DNA of 35,086 bases from Octopus sinensis (GCF_006345805.1 NW_021829868.1:1-35086); one strand, 5' to 3'; shown: positions 22,657 through 34,058, numbered from the stretch's first letter. Program-made: numbers and translations. The notes: generated from the sequence alone by a model not told the origin.

Positions 22657-23115
22657 TTTACTCTTTTACTTGTTTCAGTCATTTGATTGTGGCCATGCTG
22701 GAGCATCGCCTTTAGTCGATCAAATCGACTCCAGCACTTATTCTTTGTAAGCCTAGTACTTATTCTATTGTATATATATGTATGTATGTGTGTATATGTT
22801 TGTGTGTCTGTGTTTGTGCGCTCCAACATCGCTTGACAACTGATGCTGGTGTGTTTATGTCCCCATAACTTAGCGGTTCGGCAAATATATATATAAACGG
22901 GCTTCTTTCAATTTCCGTCTACCAAATCCACTCAGAAGGCTTTGGTCAGCCTGAGGCTATAGTAGAAGACACTTGCCCAAGGTGCCACGCAGTGGGACTG
23001 AACCTGGAACCATGTGGTTGGTAAGCAAGCTACTTTATTTTATCTAATTTGCCACAGGGGCATTACACAGATGCAGCTTTGCGGGCTGGACATAGACATT
23101 GATGGTATGAATGAT
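22657..23115. repeat. Second copy of the internally inverted family A SINE plus flank
   Basis: Near-identical to 18768-19230, including inversion junctions and downstream TTTATTTTATCTAATTTGCCACAGGGGC..GATGGT. Confidence 0.85.
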
Positions 23116-23831
23116 GGTGATGGAACAATGATGATGATGGGAGAAGACGAAAGCGCCCGCCGACTTCTGCTTCTCTAAAACAATGTTCTTTTTTCAAAAA
23201 ATCACAAATGAGGCAATAAACCTCTTATTCAATATATTACAATGTTCTATTTTTTTCTTTTAAAACACACAGACAGTTCAGGTTACCCGGCTGACCGGCG
23301 CTTGCTACTAAGCAAGCTACATACCACACAGCCACTCCTGCGCCCACACTCTGAAAAGTATTTGTATAAATTTTCATTAAAAAATATCCATTTTTCTGAA
23401 ACAAAGCCAAAAGGTGTGAATTTTCTGAAACTCTTCTTTCCAACCATAGAGAATGTTTTCCCAACAAATTCAAATGCAATCAGAATTCCTGCCATTGAAA
23501 TGTAATTGTAAAAAAATTTCATTAAAACAAATCCATTTGACTGCAAGTTATGAGGAAACAAGTCGTGGGTGGAGTTATCATGTGTAATCCTTTTTCTATT
23601 ATTGGCACAAGGCCTGAAATTTTGTGGTGAGGGAAATATTCGATTAAATCAACCCAGCGCTTCACTGGTACTGGTTTTATCAACCCCGGAAAGATGGAAT
23701 GTAAAGGCAACCTCAGAAGCATTTGGACTCAGAAAATAAGGATGGACAAAATGCCCAACAACATTTTGTCCGGCGTGCTGACCGTTCTGCCTACTCGGCA
23801 CCTTTGTCGAAAGTAATTAAAAAGAATTTAC

Positions 23832-23990
23832 CAGAGTTACTGCTACAGCAATAGCAATGATCACTGCACATAATACTGCTAGTACAACGATGATAGATAC
23901 TTTGTTTTCCTTTATCTTCGATGTTAATGACTTTTTCCGATCTTTTCCTTTTTCATTAGCCCCTTGATCAGCTCCTCCACAAGGCATCAT
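23832..23990 (-). CDS. TNF-ligand paralog B, exon 1 (cytoplasmic tail plus type II TM anchor)
   Basis: MMPCGGADQGANEKGKDRKKSLTSKIKENKVSIIVVLAVLCAVIIAIAVAVTL (53 codons): basic juxtamembrane stretch then a 23-aa hydrophobic helix. Phase-0 donor CTG|GTAAAT at the same position as in paralog A. Confidence 0.8.
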
Positions 23991-24019
23991 TTGTAATGTA
24001 CCATTCACTATAGCTTGTC

Positions 24020-24070
24020 GAATGAAGCGAGATTAAGTTTAGTCAGCTTTATATAGTTACAAGGAAGTGA
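24020..24070 (-). promoter_or_regulatory. TATA box plus Inr core promoter of paralog B with adjacent ETS-like site
   Basis: TATAAA first T at 24053 and Inr-like TCATTC A at 24023 (spacing 30). AGGAAGTG at 24062-24069. Confidence 0.65.
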
Positions 24071-24124
24071 ATGAGACTTCGTTGACACACCTTTCTCAGG
24101 TACTTTCTTGCTAACTCAACTGCT

Positions 24125-24745
24125 TCTCTTCTCTCTCTCCCCCTCTCTATCTATCTTCTCTCTCCCCTCTTGTCTTTCGCTTTCTATCTCCTCCCGTCAC
24201 TCCTCCCTTTCTCTCTCCCCCTCTCTATCTTCTCTCTCCCCTCTTGTCTTTCGCTTTCTATCTCCTCCCGTCACTCCTCCCTTTCTCTCTCCCCCTCTCT
24301 ATCTTCTCTCTCCCCTCTTGTCTTTCGCTTTCTATCTCCTCCGTCGTCACTCCTCCTTTCTCTCTCCCCCTCTCTATCTTCTCTCTCCCCTCTTGTCTTT
24401 CGCTTTCTATCTCCTCCCGTCACTCCTCCCTTTCTCTCTCCCCCTCTCTATCTTCTCTCTCCCCTCTTGTCTTTCGCTTTCTATCTCCTCCCGTCACTCC
24501 TCCCTTTCTCTCTCCCCCTCTCTATCTTCTCTCTCCCCCTCTCTATCTTCTCTCTCCCCTCTTGTCTTTCGCTTTCTATCTCCTCTCTCCCCTTCTCTAT
24601 CTCCTCTCTCCCCCTCTCTATCTTCTCTTTCCCCTCTTGTCTTTCGCTTTCTATCTCCTCCTGTCACTCCTCTCTTTCTTTTTCCCCCTCTCTATCTCCT
24701 CTCGCTCTTTGTCCTTCTCTCTCTTTCTTTCTATTCTTTTCTATC
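24125..24745. repeat. CT-rich ~74-bp minisatellite (~7 units)
   Basis: TGTCTTTCGC recurs at 24171, 24245, 24319, 24394, 24468, 24563 and 24638. Only ~2-3 units at the paralogous 4710-4940. Confidence 0.9.
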
Positions 24746-25024
24746 TCTCCTCCAATCACATTTACTTAATTTACTTATATCCAGTTTTTTTATATTTTTT
24801 TTTTTTTGCAATTGGCAATAGAAACAGTATCAATACCCTTTCTACTATAGGCACAAGACTGAAATTTGGTGGGGAGAGGTTTCACAATGTTTCACTGGTA
24901 CTCATTTTATTGACCCCGAAAGGACGAAAGGCAAAGTCAAGCTCAGTGGAACTCAGAATGTAGCAGACAAAATACCCCAAAGCATCTTGCCTGTCGGGCT
25001 AACGATTCTGCCAGCTTGCTGCCC

Positions 25025-25438
25025 TAATAATAATAAGAACAACAACAACAACAACAATTATAATGATAAATAATAATAACAATAATAATAATAATAATAA
25101 CAACAACACAACAACAACAATACTTATAATAATAATAATAATAATAATAACAACAACAATAATAATGATAATAATAAGAACAGCAACAACAATAATAATG
25201 ATAAATAATAATAACAATTATAATAATAATAACAATATAATAATAATAATAACAACAACAACAACAATAATGATAAATAATAATAACAATAATAATAATA
25301 ATAATAATAACAACAATAACAACAACAATGATAATGATAATATTAATAATAATAATAATAATAATAATAATGATAATAATAATATAATAATAATAATGAT
25401 GATAATAATAATAATAATAATATAATAATAATAATAAC

Positions 25439-25472
<34 letters not shown>

Positions 25473-25500
25473 TAATAAAATAATAATAACAACACAACAA
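25025..25500. repeat. (AAT/AAC/GAT)n microsatellite
   Basis: Pure trinucleotide mosaic; source of spurious poly-N/I/L/Y ORFs. Confidence 0.95.
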
Positions 25501-26468
25501 AGGCACAAGGTCTGAAATTTTTTGTGGAGGGGACCAGTTGATGACATTGACCCCGGTCATTCACTTGTATTTCATTATCAACCCCATAAGAATGTAAGGC
25601 AAAGTAGACTTGAGCGGAATTTGAACTCAGAATGTAAAGATGGATGAAATACTGCTAAGCATTTCGCCTGGCCTGCTAACGTTTCTTATTTCTTTATTGC
25701 CCACAAGGGGCTAAACATAGAGGTGACAAACAAGGACAGACAAACGGATTAAGTCGATTACAACGCCCCCCCCCCAGTGCATAACATGTACTTAATCTAT
25801 CGACTCCGAAAGGATGAAAGGCAAAGTCGACCTCGGCGGAATTTGAACTCAGAACGTAATGGCAGACGAAATACCTATTTCTTTATTGCCCACAAGGGGC
25901 TAAACACAGAGGGGACAAACAAGGACAGACAAAGGGATTAAGTCGATTACATCGCCCCCCCCAGTGCATAACAGGTACTTAATTTATCGACTCCGAAAGG
26001 ATGAAAGGCAAAGTCGACCTCGGCGGAATTTGAACTCAGAATGTAACAACAGACGAAATACCTATTTCTTTATTGCCCACAGGGGCTAAACATAGAGGGG
26101 ACAAACAAGGACAGACAAAGGGATTAAGTCGATTACATCGCCCCCAGTGCGTAACAGGTACTTATTTTATCGACTCCGAAAGGATGAAAGGCAAAGTCGA
26201 CCTTGGCGGAATTTGAACTCAGAACGTAACGGCAGACGAAATACCTATTTCTTTATTGCCCACAAGGGGCTAAACATAGAGGGGACAAACAAGGACAGAC
26301 AAAGGGATTAAGTTGATTACATTGATCCCAGTACGTAACTGGTACTTAATTTATCGACCCCGAAGGATGAAAGACTAAGTCGACCTCGACGGAATTTGAT
26401 CTCAGAACGTAACGGCATATGAAATACTGCCAAGCATTTCACACGGCATGCTAATGATTCTGCCAGCT
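25500..26468 (-). mobile_element. SINE family B multimer, copy B (4 units) plus older SINE
   Basis: Units at ~25686, 25874, 26061 and 26243; paralogous to 6766-7908. Confidence 0.9.
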
Positions 26469-26620
26469 CAACATCCTAACAACAACAACAATAATGATAT
26501 GACTGAGGAACAGAGAAATCTCAGGAAAAGACTCATGGACGTAAGAATTGCATGAACAGAGACCAAGTCGGTGAATTTAAGTAACAATGTGAAACACGTG
26601 TATAAGTATGTATGTATGTG

Positions 26621-26654
<34 letters not shown>

Positions 26655-26685
26655 TGTATATATATACTTACAGTATATATATGCA

Positions 26686-27088
26686 TACTCTCTTTTACTT
26701 GTTTCAGTCATTTGACTGCGGCCATGCTGGAGCACCGCCTTTTTTAGTCGAGCAAATGGACCCCGGGACTTATTCTTTGTAAGCCCAGTACTTATTCTAT
26801 CGGTCTCTTTTGCCGAACCGCTAAGAGACGGGGACTTAAACACACCAGCATCGGTTATCAAGCAATGCTAGGGGGACAAACACAGACACACAAACACACA
26901 CATGCATATATACATATATATATACATATATATGACAGGCTTCTTTCAGTTTCCGTCTACCAAATCCACTCGCAAGGCATTGGTCGGCCCGGGGCTATAG
27001 CAGAAGACACTGACCAAGATGCCACGCAGTGGGACTGAACCCGGAACCATGTAGTTGGTTAGCAAGCTACTTACCACACAGCCACTCA
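26686..27088 (-). mobile_element. SINE family A (paralog of 8093-8490)
   Basis: Same element and flanks as in copy A. Confidence 0.9.
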
Positions 27089-27253
27089 ATAAATAAATAT
27101 TATATAAAAATGACCGACATGGTCTGATGGCAAAACCATACACTACTTAAACATAAGGGAAGAGCTGGATGAATAAATCTGACAGTATTTGCGGCGAGCA
27201 TATAAAAATGTCACAGATATACGGTAGGGAAGAGAAAAAGGTTAGAATCTATA

Positions 27254-27665
27254 GGCGCAGGAGTGGCTGTGTGGTAAGTAGCTTGTTTACCAACCACATG
27301 GTTCCGGTTCAGTCCCACTGTGTGGCACCTGGGCAAGTGTCTTCTACTATAGCCTCGGGCCGACCAAAGCCTGTGAGTGGATTTGGTAGACGGAAACTGA
27401 AAGAAGCCTGTCGTAATATGTATATATATGTGCGTGTGTGTGTTTGTGTGTCTGTGTTTGTCCCCCTAGCATTGCTTGACAACCGATTGCTGGTGTGTTT
27501 GTGTTCCCTTCACCTAGCGGATCGGCAAAAGAGACCGATAGAATAAGTACTGGGCTTACAAAGAATAAGTCCCGGGGTCGATTTGCTCGACTAAAAAGGC
27601 GGTACACCAGCATGGCTGCAGTCAAATAACTGAAACAAGTAAAAGAGTAAAAAGAGTAAAGAGTA
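27254..27665 (+). mobile_element. SINE family A, full length, specific to duplicate copy B
   Basis: Copy A has the empty site GGTTAGAATCTACAATTGACTC (~9048-9069). Confidence 0.9.
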
Positions 27666-28288
27666 ATTGACTCTACCACAAGTTGGCTGAACATTTTACG
27701 AAACACAGTGTGACAAAAGAGCTAACAGAAACAAGGGACTTGATCAGACCCGCTTCAATTTTAGTAGGTGAACTGGATCTTTTCGGTTTGAAAGGCAGAG
27801 GTTCTCTTGTTCCTTAATACCCACTACTGTCTATATTCTTCTATCTCTCTCTCTCCTTATTTTTGTATCTGACATCGTCAACCATGCATAACTCCAGCTA
27901 AAGATAATATCTATCAATAACAGCGTGCCTATAGATGTGATCGATCTCAGCACTTCATTGGGACTTATAGATTCAAGCCTCTAATTTCGTTATAGTTGAT
28001 TAAATCATTCGCTGAACTTGACTGGTTTTTATTAAAATTTTATCGATCATAGAAGTTTGAAAAGCGAGGTTTAATAGATGCTTAGAGTTATCTCCCTTCC
28101 ACCATTATTTTCACATTCTACGCTTTCAACGAGCGATTTTTATTAAGACTAAATCTCTTCGAATTTATCTTTATATATTTTATATCAGTTCTGAAGTACG
28201 GTTGCTGCATTTCTATATTTTTTCTGTTTATCCCAGTATTGTCTTTAGTATTTTATCCCGCTTGGACCTTCAAGGAGCTTGCTTTCTA

Positions 28289-28493
28289 AACACATGGTTC
28301 CGGGTTCAAATCCCACGGCGTGGTACCTTGAGCGAGGCTCTACGATAGCCCCGGGCCGACCAAACCCTTGTGAGTGGATTTAGTAGACTGAAACTGAAAG
28401 AAGCCCGCGTATATATATATATAATATATATATATATGTGGTGTGTGTGTGTGTGTGTGTGTGGTGTGTGTGTGTGTGTGTGTGTTGTGTATA

Positions 28494-28564
<71 letters not shown>

Positions 28565-28812
28565 GGAGAGAGATGCATTCTTATTTATATATACGTTTGT
28601 GTGTTTGTGTTTGTTCCCCACCTACCATCGCTTGACAACTGATGCTGGTGTGTTTACGTCCCCGTAACTTAGCGGATCAGCAAAAGAAGCCGGTAGAATA
28701 GTACTAGGCTTATAAAGATTAAGTCCTGGGATCGATTTGTTCGACTAAAGGTGGTGTTCCAGCATGGCCGTAGTCAAATGATTGAAGTAAAAGAATGGAA
28801 AGAGTAAAATGG
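28289..28812 (+). mobile_element. SINE family A, diverged, with expanded internal microsatellites
   Basis: CACATGGTTCCGGGTTC..GTGAGTGGATTT..GTTCCAGCATGGCC with long TA/TG/TC/AG tracts. Confidence 0.8.
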
Positions 28813-28926
28813 GTAGTGTAGTATTGGACGGGATGTTCATGGCTGGATCGCTTTTGATTATACATCTGTTTGATCGATATTGACTTCAGGTTTAAAAAAA
28901 AACTACATATAAAATATATTTTATAT

Positions 28927-29157
28927 ATTTCTTTATTGCCCACAAGGGGCTAAACATAGAGAGGACAAACAAGGACAGACAAAGGGATTAAGTCGATTAT
29001 GTCGACCCCAGTGCGTAACTGGTACTTAATTTATCGACCCCGAAAGGATGAAAGGCAAAGTCGACCTCGGCGGAATGTGAACACAGAACGTAACGACAGA
29101 CGAAATACGGCTACGCATTTCGCCCGCCGTGCTAACGTTTCTGCCAGCTCGCCGCCT
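28927..29157 (-). mobile_element. SINE family B full-length monomer (~230 bp)
   Basis: Minus strand GGCGGCGAGCTGGCAGAAACGTTAGC .. GCCTTTCATCCTTTCGGGGTCGATAAA .. GGGCAATAAAGAAA. Confidence 0.9.
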
Positions 29158-29259
29158 CTACATACAAAATATATTTCATATATTTCTTTACTATATATAT
29201 ATATATTTCTTTAACAAAATATATTTTATAATAGACGGCCTGACATAATGAAGAGCAGG

Positions 29260-29642
29260 GAAGCACTCCGTCGGTTACGACGATGAGGGTTCCGGTTGAT
29301 CCGATAACGGAACAGCCTGCTCGTGAAATTAACGTGTAAGTGGCTGAGCACTCCACAGACACGTGTACCCTTAACGTAGTTCTCGGGGATATTCAGCGTG
29401 ACACAGAGAGTGACAAGGCCGGCCCTTTGAAATACAGGTACAACAGAAACAGGAAGTAAGAGTGAGAGAAAGTTGTGGTGAAAGAGTACAGCAGGGATCA
29501 CCACCATCCCCTGCCGGAGCCTCGTGGAGCTTTTTAGGTGTTTTCGCTCAATAAACACTCACAACGCCCGGTCTGGGAATCGAAACCGCGATCCTATGAC
29601 CGCGAGTCCGCTGCCCTAACCACTGGGCCATTGCGCCTCCAC
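29260..29642 (-). mobile_element. SINE family D (tRNA-Arg-like head), full length with TSD
   Basis: Head GTGGAGGCGCAATGGCCCAGTGGTTAGGGCAGCGGACTCGCGG..GGTTTCGATTCCC. Direct repeat ACATAATGAAGAGCAGG at 29243-29259 and 29641-29657. Confidence 0.92.
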
Positions 29643-29953
29643 ATAATGAAGAGCAGGTAGTGAAAGCAAAGTTGAGTAGAGGAAGAGATAGAGAGGAATA
29701 GGAAAAAAGAACGAGAGAGAGAGAGAGAGAGAGAGAGAACGAGTGAGGAAGAGGACAATAAAAGGGTGGGAGAGAGAAGGAAGAGAGAGTTGTTTGGAAT
29801 GTTTTTGTACAGTGGTGAGAAAAAAAGGACAAAGGGAAAGAGAGAAAAAGTAAGAGTTTGGGGGAGACCATAAAATACCCTGAAAAACTAGAAAGTAGTT
29901 TAGTTAATTGTTGTTAATGTCGGGTTGTATAATTGCGCACGAAACTTTGAAAC

Positions 29954-30173
29954 ATGACAAAGCCAATTACAGATGCAGAGCAACTGGTGTCTTCCCAGAG
30001 CGGTTCGAGGAATACCTGCAAGACATCAGTGCGGACAACGGAAGAGAATTCAACCACAAAATACGAAATTCACTGGAATTATCGCACAAAAGCGTCACAA
30101 CTCCTATTTTAAATACGGAATTATTATTTTGGCCATAATTGCAGTGGTGGTGGTAATAATTTGTCTAAACCAG
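29954..30173 (+). CDS. First exon of a type II membrane protein gene (possible third TNF-ligand paralog)
   Basis: Ends KRHNSYFKYGIIILAIIAVVVVIICLNQ|GTGAGA (phase-0 donor right after a TM helix). Open from ATG 29973 (67 codons), or from the better-context AAACATG at 29954 if one A of the run 30058-30061 is removed. Confidence 0.65.
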
Positions 30174-30721
30174 GTGAGAGACTTCAATATTTATTTATTT
30201 TCAGCGGACTTTAGGCGAACCTACGGACTTTATTTACTTTAGCTTTCTCGCACGAGTCAGAGTATCTCTTTTGTTTATTTTTCCACGATTGCCTTTCAAA
30301 ATACAAATGAAGAGTAGAGGGGAACTTTTCATAAAGAAAAATCATTTCATAGTTTTCAAGCATCTTGTGATCCTCTCTCACCATCGTTCCTTTGCATCAC
30401 CGCTAAAATAATAATTTAAAACCTGTTTTCCGCTGTTTTCCATGTTTCGTTTTCTTTAATAATATTTTTTTTTTGTTACACTTTTACCCTTCAGTAAAAT
30501 CTTTTTCCTTTTTTTTGTATAAGACACAAAAAGTCAAGAAACCATGTTTCCGCCATATTCATTAATTTTCTTTTATCTGCAGATTGCATTATTTTTTTTT
30601 GCTCACACGTTTTTCCATACAACTGTCTACTTTTATGTCTGTCTCCCTCTGTCTGTCTCCCTCTGTCTTTCCTTCCAACTAATGCGTTGACTGCCACTTT
30701 CTTTTGTTTGTCTTTACACTA

Positions 30722-30757
<36 letters not shown>

Positions 30758-30819
30758 CATACATATATCTGGATATATATATGTATACGTCTCTCTCTCT
30801 CTCTCTCTCCTCTCTCTCT

Positions 30820-30862
<43 letters not shown>

Positions 30863-30898
30863 CATACATACATATATCTGGATATTATATGTATAGTG

Positions 30899-30936
<38 letters not shown>

Positions 30937-30972
30937 CATACATACATATATTTGTATATATATGTATAAACA

Positions 30973-31005
<33 letters not shown>

Positions 31006-31030
31006 TCTCCTCTCTCTATATTATAGTATA

Positions 31031-31063
<33 letters not shown>

Positions 31064-31537
31064 CATACATACATACATCTGTATACATATGTAGCGAATC
31101 TTGCATGAAGTGTGTTCGATCACCATAGCCAAATTTAAATCGACACTCTTACAGAACTTTTCCCACGATGGAACTATGGTTGTTCTCTGACAGCAGTTAT
31201 TACATTTTCCAGATGACTTTAGCTAGGCCGAAACAATATCTTCACCACTTGACCCTTTCTAACCTCTTCTACTTCACCAAAAAACAGAAGAGAGATAACA
31301 AGACCACCAACTAAATCTAGTGTTCTCAACGATATATCTATCCTTCTGGATCTTTATATAAGCAAGTACACCCCCAAGCAAAATTCAGTTAGTCACCAGC
31401 CGGTGACAACTCGGCCAAGTTAATTACCACTCGGTGACAACTCAGGGAGAACGTAGTCTGGCTGACCAGCTACAACGGTGAGACAACCCCTAACATTTTC
31501 TTCTCTAGCTCTAATTCTGTCTCTTACAACAACATTC

Positions 31538-31958
31538 GGAACTTTTCGGTTTGAACGGCAGTTTTTTCTATCGCGGTGTCATATGAAATGGTCACCCATA
31601 ATTATGACCCTAGAATCGATCTATTGCATTTCAATCTTTTTAGGGTTAGGGGTGGGGGGGGGAAGGGGGAAAGGTATCTGTTTTTCTTCAGAAATGTAAA
31701 TGAACCCAATCTGTTTCTTAAACGAGGGACACCATCATACGGCACAGAATGCTTTTTAACACAATAGACGTCATTGATTGGTTGAAATTGCAGAAATTGA
31801 AGAAAAAAACAACAAATATCTTACAAACCATAGAATTTTCTCATAAAGCCAGAGAAAAAGATGTTTTATAAACACACATTCTACCAGTATACGAAGTTTA
31901 AAAGTGTTTAGTTACGTGGAAATTATTTTAAAATCTGCCGTTCAAACCGAAAAGATCC
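31538..31958. mobile_element. Merlin-like MITE, same family as 9171-9586
   Basis: TIRs GGAACTTTTCGGTTTGAACGGCAG / CTGCCGTTCAAACCGAAAAGATCC. 8-bp TSD CAACATTC at 31530-31537 and 31959-31966. Confidence 0.9.
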
Positions 31959-32451
31959 CAACATTCTATCTGTCTCAGCAATTACTACTAACAAGGAAGA
32001 GACCTAAATACAAATATTCTACAGCATCTATCCATCGCATGCTTTTGGATTTATTATTAACCTGCCCGTCCAGGCAAGGTACTGTAACGTAACGTAAATA
32101 AATATTTCCTTAAAACTTTATACATTCACATCCTAAAAGTGCAACCAAAATAACAACAATAATTCGTAACCACTGCTAAATTATCATATTGTCTCTATTC
32201 AATTAGCTCTCCGTTACACATCTCTCTCTCTGTCTCTCTCTCTTTTTCTCTCTCTCTCTCTCTCTTTCTCTCTGTCTGTCTCTCTGTTTGTCTGTCTGTC
32301 TCTCTCTCCTCTCTCCTCTCTCTCTTATATTGTGTGTGTGTGTGTATGTATATATATATATATACACACATGAATATATATATATATGTGTGTGTATATA
32401 TGTATATATATATATGTGTGTGTGTATGTATGTATATATATGTATGTATAT

Positions 32452-34024
32452 CATTATCATCATCATCATCGTTTAACGGTCCACTTTCCAAGCTAGCATG
32501 GGTTGGACAATTTTGACTGAGGGCTGACGAACCAGATGGCTGCACCAGGCTTCAATCTTGATCTGGCAGAGTTTCTACACTGGATGCCCTTCCTAACGCC
32601 AACCACTCCGAGAGTGTAGTGGGTGCTTTTTACGTGCCAGTCAGGTGGTACTGGCAAGGACCTCGCTCGAATCCTTTTACACATGCCACAAGCACAGGTG
32701 CCAGTAAGGCGACTTTGGTAACGATCACGCTCGAATGGTGCTCTTTTATGTGCACTGGCATGGAAGCCAGTTGGCTGCTCTGGCAATAATCATGCTCGGA
32801 TGGTGCTCTTGGCACCCTACTAGCATGGGCACAAGTGCCAGTAAGGCGACGCTGGTAACGATCACGCTCGAATGGTGCTCTTTTATGTGCCACTGGCATG
32901 GAAGCCAGTTGGCTGCTCTGGCAATACAATAATCACGCTCGGATGGTGCTCTTGGCACCCTACTAGCATGGGCACAGAAGTGCCAGTAAGCGACGCTGGT
33001 AACGATCACCTCGAATGGAAAATGCTCTTTTATGTGCCCTGGCATGGAAGCCGTTGGCTGCTCTGGCAATAATCATGCTCGGAATGGTGCTCTTGGCACC
33101 CTACTAGCATGGGCACAAGTGCCAGTAAAAGGCGACGCTGGTAACGATCACGCTCGATGGTGCTCTTTTATGTGCCACTGGCATGGAACCATTGGCTGCT
33201 CTCTGGCAATAATCATGCTCGGATGGTGCTCTTGGCACCAACTACTAGCATGGGCACAAGTGCCAGTAAGGCGACGCTGTAACGATCACGCTCGAATGGT
33301 GCTCTTTTATGTGCCACTGGCATGGAAGCCAGTTGGCTGCTCTGGCAATAATCATGCTCGGATGGTGCTCTTGGCACCCTACTAGCATGGGCACAAGTGC
33401 CAGTAAGGCGACGCTGGTAACGATCACGCTCGAATGGTGCTCTTTTATGTGCCACTGGCATGGAAGCCAGTTGGCTGCTCTGGCAATAATCATGCTCGGA
33501 TGGTGCTCTTGGCACCCTACTAGCATGGGCACAAGTGCCAGTAAGGCGACGCTGGTAACGATCACGCTCGAATGGTGCTCTTTTATGTGCCACTGGCATG
33601 GAAGCCAGTTGGCTGCTCTGGCAATAATCATGCTCGGATGGTGCTTTGGCACCCTACTAGCACGGGCACAAGTGCCAGTAAGGCGACGCTGGTAACGATC
33701 ACGCTCGAATGGTGTCCTTTGAGTGCCACTGGCACGGAAGCCGGTTAGCCACTCTGTCAATAATCACGTTCATATGGTGCTCTTTGCACCCCGCTAGCAC
33801 GGACATCAGTCATCGAATTTGATTTTGCCTTTGATTGAATTGATTTCATTGATTTGATTTCACTTGCCTCAACAGGTCTTCGCAAGCAGAGTTTTAGAGT
33901 CCAAAGAAGGAAAAGGTTTCGCATAAGTGGGCTGGTTATGTCCCTGGCATAGGCCATGAGATTATGGTTTCATTTGGCTTGCCGGGTCTTCTCCCGCATG
34001 GCATATTTCCAAAGGTCTCGGTCA
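32452..34024 (-). mobile_element. RTE LINE 3' end (ORF tail plus 3' UTR plus (GAT)n)
   Basis: Minus strand begins GACCGAGACCTTTGGAAATATGCC (DRDLWKYA) and ends GTTAAACGATGATGAT, as in 12604-14207. Confidence 0.88.
32693..33800. repeat. 138-bp tandem repeat (~8 units) inside the RTE 3' UTR
   Basis: ATGCTCGG at 33354, 33492 and 33630 (period 138). Each unit is two ~69-bp half-repeats. Left units are indel-rich. Confidence 0.95.
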
Positions 34025-34058
34025 CTAATTACAGTTCTATATATAAGAGATGAGAAAT

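Larger units (their letters stand above)
23532..27798. repeat. Segmental duplication copy B (paralogous to 4083-9194)
   Basis: Colinear match that ends 24 bp into the MITE left TIR. Confidence 0.95.

Noticed and set aside
24108-25564. Long ORFs (178-239 aa; Ser/Leu/Pro-rich and poly-Ile/Asn/Tyr)
   Set aside because: They are translations of the CT minisatellite and AAT microsatellite, open in several frames at once.
29570-29642. tRNA-Arg(TCG)-like gene (also 12445-12516)
   Set aside because: It continues into a SINE body with TSD and lacks a proper acceptor stem, so it is a SINE head.
29869-29905. CATAAAA plus TTAGTT as core promoter of the plus-strand gene
   Set aside because: Non-consensus TATA with spacing ~33 in AT-rich DNA; too weak to call without TSS data.
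30318-30330. GGGGAACTTTTC as an NF-kB site in the plus-strand gene's first intron
   Set aside because: It does not match GGGRNNYYCC fully, and a single imperfect hit is expected by chance.
30700-31090. ORFs rich in Tyr/Ile/Leu/Ser (also 3589-3804, 7907-8275, 10091-10486, 28340-28667, 32195-32545)
   Set aside because: Translations of (TA)n, (TC)n and (CA)n microsatellites or SINE interiors.
32493-33760. Cys/His/Trp-rich repeat proteins of 46-aa period
   Set aside because: They come from a tandem repeat in a LINE 3' UTR; neighbouring units are frameshifted and there is no gene structure.
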